DNA from: Candidatus Multivoraceae bacterium
GTDB lineage: Bacteria > Acidobacteriota > Thermoanaerobaculia > Multivoradales > Multivoraceae
Direction of reading: 5' to 3'
Length of the DNA: 64,000 nt
NCBI GenBank assembly: GCA_965223385.1
Contig: CBDCWR010000007.1
Coordinates: forward strand, 2,739,165-2,803,164
How positions within the stretch are numbered: position 1 is the first letter of the stretch; the number at the start of each line of letters is the position of its first letter. The notes below the pieces were generated by a model. That model was not told where the DNA came from, made no database searches, and worked only from the letters and a program-made list of their open reading frames with translations. Below are positions 49,422 through 59,341 of the stretch, piece after piece. The translations under genes and the position numbers were made by a program.

Positions 49422-51174
49422 CAGAACCACTCCTTTCGCGCGGGGTCGGGGTCGAGATGGATGCGGAGCGCCTCCGGACGGGTCGACATGGCGCTCCACT
49501 GCGCGTCGATGCGCGTGAAGCCCGGTGGCGCTTGGAGCGCCGCCGACTCGAACGGCCCGGGAGAGGACATGCGCAGAGCGCGGTGCGACTCCTGCAGTGC
49601 CGGGCTCCAGTCGCGAGGGACGTGTGCGCGGACGCGCACCTGGGTGATGGGGGCCGTCGCCTCGGGCAGCGGCAGGAGGAGCGTCTCTGCTTCCTGCCAG
49701 TCGGGGAGCGGGATCACTCCCACGACATCGAAGTCGTGCGACCCCTGGAACTTCGACAGCGGCAACACGAGGTCGCTCGGGGTCACGCCGACCGCGCTCC
49801 GCACGCGGCTGCCGTCGCGCTCCGCTCGAATGAGCCGAAAGCCCGACGGCATGCGGAGCTCGACCGAGTCGCTGCCGTGGGTGGTCACCTTCAGGCGAAG
49901 GCGGTACACGGTGTCGCCGGCGAGCCCGAGGAGGGCCTCGACACCGAGCTCGTCGATGCGCTGGGTCAGGACCTCCGTGCTCTCCGGCCAGACGACGCTC
50001 CACGAGAGGGGCCTCTCGCGGAGGAGGTAGGTGGGGGAGCGTTGGTGGATCGCGCCGCCCGTGCCGGCGTTCTCGACCCAGGAGAGGGCCGTGGCGAGCG
50101 TCCCACGCACCTCGTCCGGGTGTGTCTCGATCGCGTCGCCGAGATCGTGGAGAGACAACAGGCCGTCTCCCGCCGTGCTGGCGGTCGCGAGACGTTGATG
50201 GCGCACGGCCCCCTGCACGTCGAGCGTCGGCGTGGCGACAGGGGAGACCGACTCCCGCCGCATCCGGACCGTCACGTCCATGCCCGCCCTCGCCCGCTCT
50301 TCCGGTCGGACGATGAGCGTGCGGCCGTCGTCGCCCAGCTCCCAGGTCGACGTCGGTGTGGCGTCGACGGCGAGCAGCTCGAAGGCGGCCGGGAGAACGA
50401 TCTCCACTTCGTTCTGCGTTCCCTGGTGCACCGAAGTGCGCGCACGCGCGACGAGCCGCGTCTGCGTGCGCCCGATCTCCAGGTGGCTCCAGGTCAGGGC
50501 CGAGAATCGGAGCGGGAGCGCATCGCGGGTGTCCGACGGGCGCTCGAGCTCGGTGATGAGCTCGAGCCTCTCCCCCGGGGCGCCGACGAACGTCGCTGTG
50601 GAGCCGTTGTCTTCCAGCAGGAAGCCTCCACGATGGACTCGAAGGACACCGCGGCGGCCAACGCCTCGAATGGTGCCGGTGACGTGTGCGGCACGCGGCA
50701 GGGTGTAGGCCAGTGTGCGGCGCTCCAGGCTGGACGCCTCGTGCTCTTCCAGGGGGACGGCCTCGGTGAGGGTGATCGTGCCCACCCCTCGGCCTCGAAG
50801 CACCAGCGTCGTACCGTCTTGCCCCAGGCGGCCTTCGAACGGGCCGGAGTCGAGGGCCATCACCTTCGTCTCCCCCACGAGGTCGGCCCGCGGGATCGGG
50901 ATCCACGTGTCTCCGTGCAGGCTGAGAGTGAGGACCGACTGGGCGACGGCGCTCGACTCCTGCAGCTCGAGCGTCACCTCCGCGCCGTGTAGCGCAAATG
51001 GAGCTGCGGGCACGACCGGCAGCTCGACGGGGACGACGCTGCTCTCGACCAGGCGGTGGTAGTCGGCGAGCGGCAGACGGACCTCCTCGGCCTGCAAGGG
51101 CGCAAGCAGCAGCGATGCGAGCAGCGCGGCCGCGGGGGCGACGGACCGCATGGAACCGGATCCTCTTTGGAGCA
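49421..51174 (-). CDS. Large secreted protein A (584 aa), unknown function; translationally coupled to protein B
   Basis: MLQRGSGSMRSVAPAAALLASLLLAPLQAEE signal peptide; GGAGGTG SD 7 nt upstream of the ATG; no recognisable catalytic motif. Confidence 0.65.
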
Positions 51175-51344
51175 TGGCAACACCTCCGGGTGGCGCGCGC
51201 GCAGGTGGCTCGGCGCCTCTGTTCGTGTGGTTGAGACACGCCAACCCGACGGGAAGGAACCGCGATTCCGGAAACTGCACATTCCGACCGAACGATCGGT
51301 CTGCTCGCGAGGGTCGCTCCGGAGGGTCTGCGACCCCGGCGTCG

Positions 51345-52535
51345 TCAGAGCTGGATCGAGCGGGCGTAGTAGCCGCGGTCGAGCCGGCGCGTGCGCACGG
51401 GGCCGTCGCTGACGCCGGTCGCGCGCAGCCGGATGCGGCCACGCGCCGTCGGTCGGACCTGGAGACTCCAGGTCGACCATTGCGAGCGATCGGGTGGCGT
51501 GAAGTCGGTCACGGTCGCCCACTGCTCCGCCCCTTCGTCGCTCTCGAGTCCGATGCGGAGACCCTGCACGCCGGTCGCGTCGCCCCAGCTGATGCCGCGG
51601 AGGTGGAGGTCTCCGCCTGCGTCGGGGCCCCGGACGTCGGTGACGAGCGCCGTGAAGTCGAGGGTTGCCGGCGCGTAGTCGGACGCGAGCTCCGGCTGGC
51701 CCTCCTGGTGGGTCCGGCTCGCGAACTCGCGCATCTGGCTCGAGCTTGGTGCATTGAAGGGCACGACGCGGATCTCCTCCACCCACTTGATGCAGGTGCA
51801 GCCGTACCAGTTCGGCACGATGAGGCGCACCGGAGCACCGTGGTCGAGCGGCAGGGGCTCGCCGTTCATCTCCGTGGCGAGGAAAGCGCCGGCCTCCCGC
51901 AGCTGCGCGACGCGGAAGATCCAGCTGGCTCCCATCACGGAGCTCCGGCTCTCCCGCGCGTGCGTGTCGTTGCCCACGACCTCCACGAGCGTCGTCGAGT
52001 GCAGGTTCCAGAAGAACTCCTGGAAGAGCTCGTCGAGCCGGACGCCGCTCCACTCGGCGGCGCTGAGCAGCCCGAACGCGGCGCGGGAGGAGTTGCCGGA
52101 GCACTCGAGAAGGTGGACTCCCTGCGGTCGCGCGCGCTCGCGGAGGGACGCAACTCCGAGTTCTGCCTCGCTGGAGAAGTCGACCTGATGGCCCGACGCA
52201 TCTCCGCCGGGGATCATCCGGACGACCCAGTCGTCGAGGCTGGTGCGGGCAGCGACGGCGGCGGGAGCCTTGGTGCGGACGTAGAAGTCGACGTTGGCTG
52301 CCAGGGTGTCGGCGCTCTGCACCCGGGTGAGATCGTAGGCGAGCCGCCCGTCGAGGCCTTCACCATAGCTCCGGCCCGGCGGCAGGCGCTCACTCTCGAG
52401 AAACGGCAGCCGAGGGAGGTCGGACGCGGGTCCGGTCAGCGCACGCAGGACGGCCGGGCTCGCGGCGACCAGCGGCAGCGCCGTGAGCACCCCGCGGCGC
52501 GTGGGCCGGGCTCGCAGGAGCGGTTCGCGCATCAC
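51345..52535 (-). CDS. Sulfite-oxidase-family molybdopterin oxidoreductase with Tat signal
   Basis: Twin-arginine motif (PTRRGVLTALPLVAASPAVLRA); LLECSGNSSRAAFG (C(A/S)GN Mo-ligand loop); LIVPNWYGCTCIKWVEEIRV. Confidence 0.7.
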   Translation of the reverse strand: MMREPLLRARPTRRGVLTALPLVAASPAVLRALTGPASDLPRLPFLESERLPPGRSYGEGLDGRLAYDLTRVQSADTLAANVDFYVRTKAPAAVAARTSLDDWVVRMIPGGDASGHQVDFSSEAELGVASLRERARPQGVHLLECSGNSSRAAFGLLSAAEWSGVRLDELFQEFFWNLHSTTLVEVVGNDTHARESRSSVMGASWIFRVAQLREAGAFLATEMNGEPLPLDHGAPVRLIVPNWYGCTCIKWVEEIRVVPFNAPSSSQMREFASRTHQEGQPELASDYAPATLDFTALVTDVRGPDAGGDLHLRGISWGDATGVQGLRIGLESDEGAEQWATVTDFTPPDRSQWSTWSLQVRPTARGRIRLRATGVSDGPVRTRRLDRGYYARSIQL

Positions 52536-52547
52536 GCGTCGCCTCGT

Positions 52548-54608
52548 CTAGTCGGGGAGCGCGAGCGCCAGCAGGGCGTTCTCGTGCCCCTCCTCGCTGA
52601 CCGGCATGACGATGTACTGCTTGCCTTCGTGCAGGTAGGTCATCGGGGCTCCCGACACGGGCGTGGGAAGCTCCATCTCCCAGACGATCTCACCGGTCGC
52701 CTTGTCGTAGGCCCGGAACATCGGGCCACCACCCCAGGGCTGGACCGGCATCGTCGAGGTGCCCTCGGCGACGAAGAGCAGCGTCTTCGTCACGAGAGGC
52801 GACACGCGGGCCGGCTGGCCGAGGCGTGGCAGGTCGAGACCTGCCAGGTCCGGATGGTCGCGGGGGCCTTCGCCGTTGGGCACCATCCACACGTGCTCGC
52901 CCGTGTCGAGGTCGATCGCCGTGATCCGCCCATAAGGCGGCTTGGTGATCGGCAGGCCGTTGGGGAGCATCGTCCACAGGTAGCCGTCGGCTTCGCTCAG
53001 ATCGACGCGGTACTTGAGATCCGAGCGTGCCGGATCCGGCGGCGGGCGCAGGCCCATGACGGCCGGTGCCGTCACCGAGGGGACATAGAGGATGTTGGTC
53101 TCGGGGTCGAGTCCGACGCCGTTCCAGTTCGTGCCGCCGACGGGGCCCGGCGACTGGATCGACGGCTTCGCCGCTTCGACGCCTTCGATCAGCTCCGGCG
53201 GCATGAACATGGGACCGATGCGGAACTGCGCCACGTAGTCGAGCGCCATGCGACGGAGCTCGGGGGTGAAGTCGATCAGATCGTTGTGGCTGAGCCCCTG
53301 CAGGTCGTAGGCCTTGGGCCAGGTCGGGACCGGCTGGGTGGGCCACGACTCTTCGCCGTCGACGTTCGACTGCAGCACCGGCAGCTCCACGATGGGCCAG
53401 ACGGGCTCGCCCGTGGCGCGATCGAAGACGTAGAGGAAAGCCTGTTTGGAAGGCACGGCGACGGCCTGGATCGGGCGGCCGTCCACCTCGATGTCGGCGA
53501 GTACGGGCGCCGCTGGAAAGTCGTAGTCCCAGATGCCGTGATGCACCGCCTGGAAGTGCCAGGCGCGCTCCCCGGACTCGAGGTCGAGCGCAAGGATCGA
53601 CTCGGCGAAGAGGCCCTTGCCCTTCCGGTGGCCGCCGTACCAGTCGTTCGACGGTGTGCTCGTCGCGGCAAAGACACGCCCCATGTCGGGGTCGCAGCTC
53701 ATCCAGGTCCAGACGTTGGCAGCCCCTGTGTAGTCGGCGGAGCCGTCCTCCCAGGTGTCGTACCCGAACTCGCCTTTGCGCGGGATGATGTAGAAGGTCC
53801 ACAGGCGCTGCCCGGTCTCGGCGCTGTAGCCGCGAATGGTGCCGGGTGGGTTCTTCTGCATCGACCACGCGTCGCGCTCGGAGTTGCCCATGACGAGCGT
53901 GTCGCCGCAGACGAGAGGCGCCGAGCTCCAGCGGTAGTTGCGCCGCACGTCTTCGGGCGTGTGCACGCGCAGGTCCACCTTGCCGCCCTCTCCGAACTCA
54001 GGGTCGACCTTGCCGGTCTCGAGGTCCAGTGACGTCAGGTGCGGTCCCACGAAGAAGAAGAGGCGCCGTTTTTCGCCCCTCTCCCACGTGGCCCCGGCCC
54101 GCGACCCGCCCAGGCCGATCGGCGGCCCGTCGGTGCCTTCCCAGCCGTCGTAGTACCAGAGCATCTCGCCCGTTCCCGGGTCGGCAGCTGCGGCGACACC
54201 CATGCCGGTGCTGAAGAGCAGGGCCCCCTCGACCTTGAGGGGCGTCGTCTGGAGCGCCGAAGCGGGGCGGAGCCTGCGGTACTTGTTGGCGGCGCCGTAC
54301 TCGATCGACTTCCAGCGCCACGCCACTTCGAGCTGCGCCACGTTGCTGGCGTCGATCTGGTCGAGGGGTGAGTACTTCGTGCTGCGCACATCGGCCGCAT
54401 AGGAGCCCCAGTTGGCGCCAGGCGGCGCCGGAACGTTGGCCTGCTGCGAAGCGGTGGGTGCGGCGACGGTGGTGAGCAGCACGAAGAGCCCGGCGCGACC
54501 GGGCGCGGCCAGGACGCTCTGGCGGATGGACGCAGAGGTGCTCTGCCAGACGGCAGAGAGGCGCAGATTGTCGGGGAGCATCGCCGCAGTGTAGCCGAGT
54601 GCCTTCAT
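52548..54608 (-). CDS. PQQ-dependent dehydrogenase-like 8-bladed beta-propeller (quinoprotein alcohol/glucose dehydrogenase family), secreted
   Basis: Repeated W-motif blades (VAWRW..., MLWYYDGW, RLWTF, RAWHFQAVHHGIWDYD, HVWMV, IVWEME); signal peptide; 686 aa. Confidence 0.7.
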   Translation of the reverse strand: MKALGYTAAMLPDNLRLSAVWQSTSASIRQSVLAAPGRAGLFVLLTTVAAPTASQQANVPAPPGANWGSYAADVRSTKYSPLDQIDASNVAQLEVAWRWKSIEYGAANKYRRLRPASALQTTPLKVEGALLFSTGMGVAAAADPGTGEMLWYYDGWEGTDGPPIGLGGSRAGATWERGEKRRLFFFVGPHLTSLDLETGKVDPEFGEGGKVDLRVHTPEDVRRNYRWSSAPLVCGDTLVMGNSERDAWSMQKNPPGTIRGYSAETGQRLWTFYIIPRKGEFGYDTWEDGSADYTGAANVWTWMSCDPDMGRVFAATSTPSNDWYGGHRKGKGLFAESILALDLESGERAWHFQAVHHGIWDYDFPAAPVLADIEVDGRPIQAVAVPSKQAFLYVFDRATGEPVWPIVELPVLQSNVDGEESWPTQPVPTWPKAYDLQGLSHNDLIDFTPELRRMALDYVAQFRIGPMFMPPELIEGVEAAKPSIQSPGPVGGTNWNGVGLDPETNILYVPSVTAPAVMGLRPPPDPARSDLKYRVDLSEADGYLWTMLPNGLPITKPPYGRITAIDLDTGEHVWMVPNGEGPRDHPDLAGLDLPRLGQPARVSPLVTKTLLFVAEGTSTMPVQPWGGGPMFRAYDKATGEIVWEMELPTPVSGAPMTYLHEGKQYIVMPVSEEGHENALLALALPD

Positions 54609-54644
54609 CGGCTTCCCGCGAGGCGGGGCGCTCGAGGCCAAACG

Positions 54645-55223
54645 CTACGGCGCGCGCATCGCCTCGAAGAGCCAGGCCTTGGCGCGCGTCCACTCGTTGC
54701 GCACGGTTCTCGAAGTGACTCCGAGGAGGTCGGCAATCTGATCCTCGGTGAGGCCGACGTAGAAGCGGTAGTGCACGACGAGCGCCTGGCGCTCGCTGTA
54801 GCGCTCGAGCTTCGCCAGCGCCTGGTCCACCTGCAGGATCTGCTCGAGGTCGAGCCCGCGATGCTCCTTCACGGAAACGGCGATCTCCTCGTTGAGCTCG
54901 ATCGCCTTCTGGCCCTCGCCTCGCTTCTGGCGGCTGTTTCGACGCGCGTAGTCGACGAGGACCTGGCGCATCGCGCGCGCCGCGACCGCGAAGAAGTGGC
55001 TCTTGTCGTTCAGGGTGACCTGGGTCTGCCCCGTGAACTTGAAGTACGTCTCGTGCACCAGTGCGGTGGTGTCGAGCGTCTGCCCGGGCCGGAGCCGCCG
55101 CAGCTGTCCGCGTGCGATCGCCTTGAGCTCGGGGTAGACCTGGTCGAAGAGACGGTCGAGCGCGCCGTCCTCGCCGGCGCGGATCTCGAGAAGGGTCTTC
55201 GTGAAGTCGGGATTGGAGCTCAT
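54645..55223 (-). CDS. ECF sigma-70 factor (TIGR02999-like, Acidobacteria/PVC-type)
   Basis: MSSNPDFTKTLLEIRAGEDGALDRLFDQVYPELKAIARGQL..., region 4 LTEDQIADLLGVTSRTVRNEWTRAKAWL. Confidence 0.8.
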   Translation of the reverse strand: MSSNPDFTKTLLEIRAGEDGALDRLFDQVYPELKAIARGQLRRLRPGQTLDTTALVHETYFKFTGQTQVTLNDKSHFFAVAARAMRQVLVDYARRNSRQKRGEGQKAIELNEEIAVSVKEHRGLDLEQILQVDQALAKLERYSERQALVVHYRFYVGLTEDQIADLLGVTSRTVRNEWTRAKAWLFEAMRAP

Positions 55224-55437
55224 TGGATGACAGCGATGCCGCTGAAGATTGTCACGGAGAGGTCCGCGCAGGGTGGTTGTTGCGCATTTCTTGCCGCGGG
55301 CCGAGCGCTTTCTTGCAAGTTTGAGCCGTTCGTTCCGGATGCCCGACATGCCGACGTAGTCGTGGGTGATCGGTCAAAGCGTGAGCGAGCTCGTCGCTCG
55401 TACGCCGGTCGTCAACAACCGGAGAGGAGAGAAAGCA

Positions 55438-56052
55438 ATGAAGAGTCAGCTCGGGCGTCACTCGATGATCCTCGCTGTCGTCATCACCCTGTGGGCCACG
55501 GGGCTCGCGATTGCGGAGGAGCGGATCGTCCGCCGCTTCGACGTGGCTCAGAACGGCGCCACCTTCAAGGCGGTCGCCTTCGACGGCGATGGTGTGTTCG
55601 ATACCGTCACCGACGACGGGAACCCGGCGCAGGGAGCCGTGTTCAGTGTGCTGGGCTACATCTATCCGAGAGGGACACTCCAGGGTGGGGCCGTCAGTGG
55701 CACGCTGGACGACGGTTCGCCTGCGTTCCCCGATCAGGTCCTCGGGATCTGGAGTTGCCGGGGATGGTTCGTTCTCGACGGCGACCCTGGAATCGAGGGA
55801 GTTCAGCTGCTGGGTAGCCAGGTCTGGGAGTTCAGCGCCGACGGCCCGTACGGAAAGCGGACGATCGTGACGGACGGAGTCGACTTGTCGCTCGAGGACG
55901 TGGATCTCAACGTTCCGTTCAAACGGGCGATCACCGGTGGGACCGGCAGATTCCGGGGCGCCCGCGGTGAGCAGACGATGGTGAACTACGGCTTCAACGC
56001 CAGCTTCGGCTTCGACTCCACCCACCGTCTGGTGATGGAGGTCATGGACTAG
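55438..56052 (+). CDS. Secreted dirigent/allene-oxide-cyclase-like beta-barrel protein, paralog 1
   Basis: Signal peptide MKSQLGRHSMILAVVITLWATGLAIA; strong SD; motifs GIWSCRGWFV and AITGGTGRFRGARGEQ (dirigent-like xxGGTGxFxxARG). Confidence 0.5.
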   Translation: MKSQLGRHSMILAVVITLWATGLAIAEERIVRRFDVAQNGATFKAVAFDGDGVFDTVTDDGNPAQGAVFSVLGYIYPRGTLQGGAVSGTLDDGSPAFPDQVLGIWSCRGWFVLDGDPGIEGVQLLGSQVWEFSADGPYGKRTIVTDGVDLSLEDVDLNVPFKRAITGGTGRFRGARGEQTMVNYGFNASFGFDSTHRLVMEVMD

Positions 56053-56351
56053 AAGCGGCGGTGATGCGATTTCGCCCCGCGTCGGCGCTGGGGTGGGAAG
56101 GGTGCGCCTCTGTCGGCGCGCCGTCCCTCTCCTGCTCTCGTCGTAGGGCCTTCATCGCGGTGCGTGGGGCCCCTTTTCTCCGGGCTGGTCTTGCTTCTCT
56201 GCACCGCTTGCTTTGACGCGGACCAGGCTTCGGATCGCAAAGAGCTCTGGGGTCCTTTCCGCTTCCACGTGGCCTCGGCGTAGTGGGAAGTGAGCGGGTC
56301 AGACGGAGAAGGTCTCCACCGGCTCGGGTCACAACGAGTGAGGAGAGAGTG

Positions 56352-56981
56352 ATGAAGACGAGAAGCAAGTGGAGCGCATGCAGTTTGTTGGTCCTTCTGC
56401 TCGGAGCTCTCGCGCCCGCCTGGGCCGCGAGCGACGAGCTCGAGAGCGAGAGGTCGGAACTGCGCAAGACGTTGCGCCTCGAGGTGGCGGAGAACGGATT
56501 CCTCTTCGTGCCCGACACGGAGCCGGTCCACAACGGCGATCCCTTCCTGCCCGCGTACGGGGGTGAGTTCATCACCGGTGGCTACCTGTACCCCGCCGGC
56601 ACGCTGACCTGCGGGCCGGACGGAGCCGGAGGCTACGTGTGTGACGGCGTCAACGAGGACGGCTCACCGCAGTATCCGGAGAAGGTCGTCGGCACCTGGG
56701 TGTGCCGCGGTTGGCACGTGGGGGACGGCGCCTTCACGGAGACCGGTGCGTGGACCGCCACGAACCAGATCTACTCCTTCACCCCTGCGATCACGCAGGA
56801 GTACGGGCGTCGCACGATCACGACGGACGGCTTCGAGAGCCCGGAGCCGACGCGGTTGCACCGCGCCATCACCGGCGGGACCGGCAGGTTCGCTGGTGTG
56901 AGCGGAGTGCAGATCCAGAAGTTCATGGGCTGGAACCCCAGCATCGGAGTGGGGCTCGAGATCAAGTTCCACTTCGAATGA
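56352..56981 (+). CDS. Secreted dirigent/allene-oxide-cyclase-like beta-barrel protein, paralog 2
   Basis: Signal peptide MKTRSKWSACSLLVLLLGALAPAWA; GTWVCRGWHV and AITGGTGRFAGVSGVQ. Clearly paralogous to 55438..56052. Confidence 0.5.
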   Translation: MKTRSKWSACSLLVLLLGALAPAWAASDELESERSELRKTLRLEVAENGFLFVPDTEPVHNGDPFLPAYGGEFITGGYLYPAGTLTCGPDGAGGYVCDGVNEDGSPQYPEKVVGTWVCRGWHVGDGAFTETGAWTATNQIYSFTPAITQEYGRRTITTDGFESPEPTRLHRAITGGTGRFAGVSGVQIQKFMGWNPSIGVGLEIKFHFE

Positions 56982-57116
56982 CGCGAGGGCCTTGGCTCGC
57001 GCAGTTTCGTGCGGAAGCTGCATCCGCGAGTGAACAGCCCTTCGAGGCGGGGCGCCCCGGGCGTGCCCGCCTCTTCCTTCTCCTTGCCGGTGCGGTGGTG
57101 CACACGCCCGCCGGGG

Positions 57117-57785
57117 TCACGGGGCGTAGCGGAACTCCACCGAAGCCACCTTTTGGTCCCACAGTAGGACGAGCGTGCCGCGGCCGTCGCCGATGTCGGC
57201 GAACTGCCAGGAGAGCTGCTCGAACGAAACGTCGCCGTCCCGCACCTTCATCGGCGTGCGCAGGAGGTCCTTCTCGGGCGTGTAGTAGTAGGCGCCGAAC
57301 AGCGCCTCCTTGTTCTCGTAGTCGTAGGTGGTCTGGGCAGCCCAGCGGGAGAGGACAAACGTCCAGCTGGCGTCCTGCAGGTCGATGAAGACCGTGTACT
57401 CGCCCGGGGGGACGGCGACGCCACCGATCTCGAGGGCCACCTCGGTCGTGAGGACCGTCGTGTAGTTCGCGCCAGCGCGCCAGATGTCGGCGCCGTCGTT
57501 GAGCGCCTCCTTCCAGTCGGGTAGGCCAAACAGATCGCGGCCGCGTTTGAGCGGGCGACCATAGCGGATGTCGATCCACTTGCCGCCGACGTTGCCCGCC
57601 CGGACGTCGAAGGTTCCACCGAGCTGCGCGGCCGACGCCCCGGACGGGCTGAGCGGACGCTGCTGCGCCCGGAGACCAGGCGGCATCAGCGGGAGCCAGA
57701 GGAGGCACGCCAAGCCGAGCACGGAGCCTCTCCTCGTGCGGGCGCGGGTTCTACGCGTCAGTGGGGCTTCCGTGGCGAAGCTCAT
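57117..57785 (-). CDS. DUF2911-family secreted protein (paralog of 41971..42609)
   Basis: WIDIRYGRPLKRGRDLFG...IWRAGANYTTVLTTEVALEIGGVAVPPGEYTVFI; signal peptide. Confidence 0.6.
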   Translation of the reverse strand: MSFATEAPLTRRTRARTRRGSVLGLACLLWLPLMPPGLRAQQRPLSPSGASAAQLGGTFDVRAGNVGGKWIDIRYGRPLKRGRDLFGLPDWKEALNDGADIWRAGANYTTVLTTEVALEIGGVAVPPGEYTVFIDLQDASWTFVLSRWAAQTTYDYENKEALFGAYYYTPEKDLLRTPMKVRDGDVSFEQLSWQFADIGDGRGTLVLLWDQKVASVEFRYAP

Positions 57786-57957
57786 CGTTTCCCTCCAGAA
57801 GGGGTCGATCGGACGAGCAGGCCCAAGCCGGCCCTCCCGCCCTCGTCCAGGTCGCGGTCGTCGAGCACCCGCTGTTTCGAACGAAGGTGGCGCATTTCGC
57901 GAGAGTACCTCGAACCCTGCTGGCGCACGGTCGCGATCAGACGGCCGCCGAGACGGT

Positions 57958-58560
57958 ATGCTGAGCTTCCGCTTCTTGGAGAGTCACATGTCCAGATCTC
58001 AGGTCGACCCGCCCCTGGCCGTTCGTGATGCGCGAGTGGACGATGCGCAGAGGCTCATGGAGATCACCATTGCTGCGTACGAGCAGTACGTGGAGGTGAT
58101 GGAGCCCGACGACTGGCAGCTCTATCTCCGGCACATCGAGTCCACGCTGTCGAAGGTGGCGCACTCCATCCTCAAGAAGGACGGCAAGCTCGAGCAGCTC
58201 GTCGCGGAGCACGACGGGGAGGTGATCGGCACGGTGCTGCTCTACCCGCCGGGCAGCGACACGTACAAGACCGAAGACTCCAAGGTGGGCGACTACCCGG
58301 AGGTCCGGCTGCTGGCCGTGCCGCCCTCGGCTCGCGGTCTCGGCGGAGGCAAGGCGCTGATGGACGAGTGTGTGCGGCGGGCGCGGCTCTCGGGCGCGAG
58401 CCGGCTCGGGCTGCACACGATGGCCCCGATGCACGCGGCGCGGCACATCTACGAGCGCATGGGCTTCGTGGCCGTGCCGGAGCTCGACTTCCAGCCGTTC
58501 GAGACCCTGGCGGCCGAGGCTTTTGTGCTCGATCTCGCGACGTACGCGTCCGGCTCCTGA
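57958..58560 (+). CDS. GNAT family N-acetyltransferase
   Basis: VLLYPPG...RGLGGGKALMDECVRRARLSGASRLGLHT (acetyl-CoA-binding Q/RxxGxG/A). Confidence 0.7.
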   Translation: MLSFRFLESHMSRSQVDPPLAVRDARVDDAQRLMEITIAAYEQYVEVMEPDDWQLYLRHIESTLSKVAHSILKKDGKLEQLVAEHDGEVIGTVLLYPPGSDTYKTEDSKVGDYPEVRLLAVPPSARGLGGGKALMDECVRRARLSGASRLGLHTMAPMHAARHIYERMGFVAVPELDFQPFETLAAEAFVLDLATYASGS

Positions 58561-58564
58561 AGGC

Positions 58565-59182
58565 TCAGCGCCTGCGATCGCCCACGCCGACGCTTCGGAG
58601 CATTCCGACGACCAGGCGGCGAAACGTCACTTCGTCCTGCACCTGGCCCAACGCACCGTCGAGGTAGAGCGTCGCGGCCCCGTGCACGAGGGACCACGTG
58701 GTGAACTCGGGCACGCCCATCTCGTCTCCTTTCGGATCGATCTGAGCTGCGGCGTCGCCGTGCGCGATACGAAGGAGCGCGCGGTAGGCGCGGCCCGACT
58801 GCTCTTCGAGCCGCGGCGGGCAGTCTTCGCGTGCCAGAAAGCTGTTGGCGAACATGAGACGGAAGCGCTGTGGGTGTGCGAGCGCGACATCGACGTAGGC
58901 GACGCCGGTGTTCTCGAGCGCGTCTCCCGGAGCGTCGAGGGCTGCCTCGAGCGCATCGGCGAGAGCTTCGAACCCGTCGGCCGCGATCTCGCAGAGGAGC
59001 GCGTCGCGCCCGTCGAAGTGGTGCGCGGGTGCGGCGTGGGAGACGCCCAGGCTCCGGGCCACGGCGCGGAGACTCAACCGCTGCGCGCCGTCCTCTTCGA
59101 GCATGCGCGTTGCCTCGCGCAGCAACGCGTTGCGCAGGTCGCCGTGGTGGTAGCGGCTGGCGGCGGTGGCTTTGGCGGTCAT
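58565..59182 (-). CDS. TetR/AcrR family transcriptional regulator
   Basis: N-terminal HTH LSLRAVARSLGVSHAAPAHHF; 205 aa. Divergent from the DUF4188 gene. Confidence 0.8.
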   Translation of the reverse strand: MTAKATAASRYHHGDLRNALLREATRMLEEDGAQRLSLRAVARSLGVSHAAPAHHFDGRDALLCEIAADGFEALADALEAALDAPGDALENTGVAYVDVALAHPQRFRLMFANSFLAREDCPPRLEEQSGRAYRALLRIAHGDAAAQIDPKGDEMGVPEFTTWSLVHGAATLYLDGALGQVQDEVTFRRLVVGMLRSVGVGDRRR

Positions 59183-59341
59183 GGGTCGGCGGCTCCCGGC
59201 GGGGCGTGGTTGCGCTCCTATCTTGTCAGTGACAGGATCGAGTGCAACTTGGCAGTGTCAAGTTCGTAGAGAGAGTCCAACAGGAGGCGCATCGCGCCAG
59301 AGACAACGACGGAGCCGGAGCCGGCTCGAGGAGACGGGCAC

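Noticed and set aside
55224-55437. ECF-type GGAAC -35 promoter between the ECF sigma gene and the dirigent-like gene
   Set aside because: A GGAAC occurs on the minus strand but without a convincing -10 partner at correct spacing; too weak to report as a feature.
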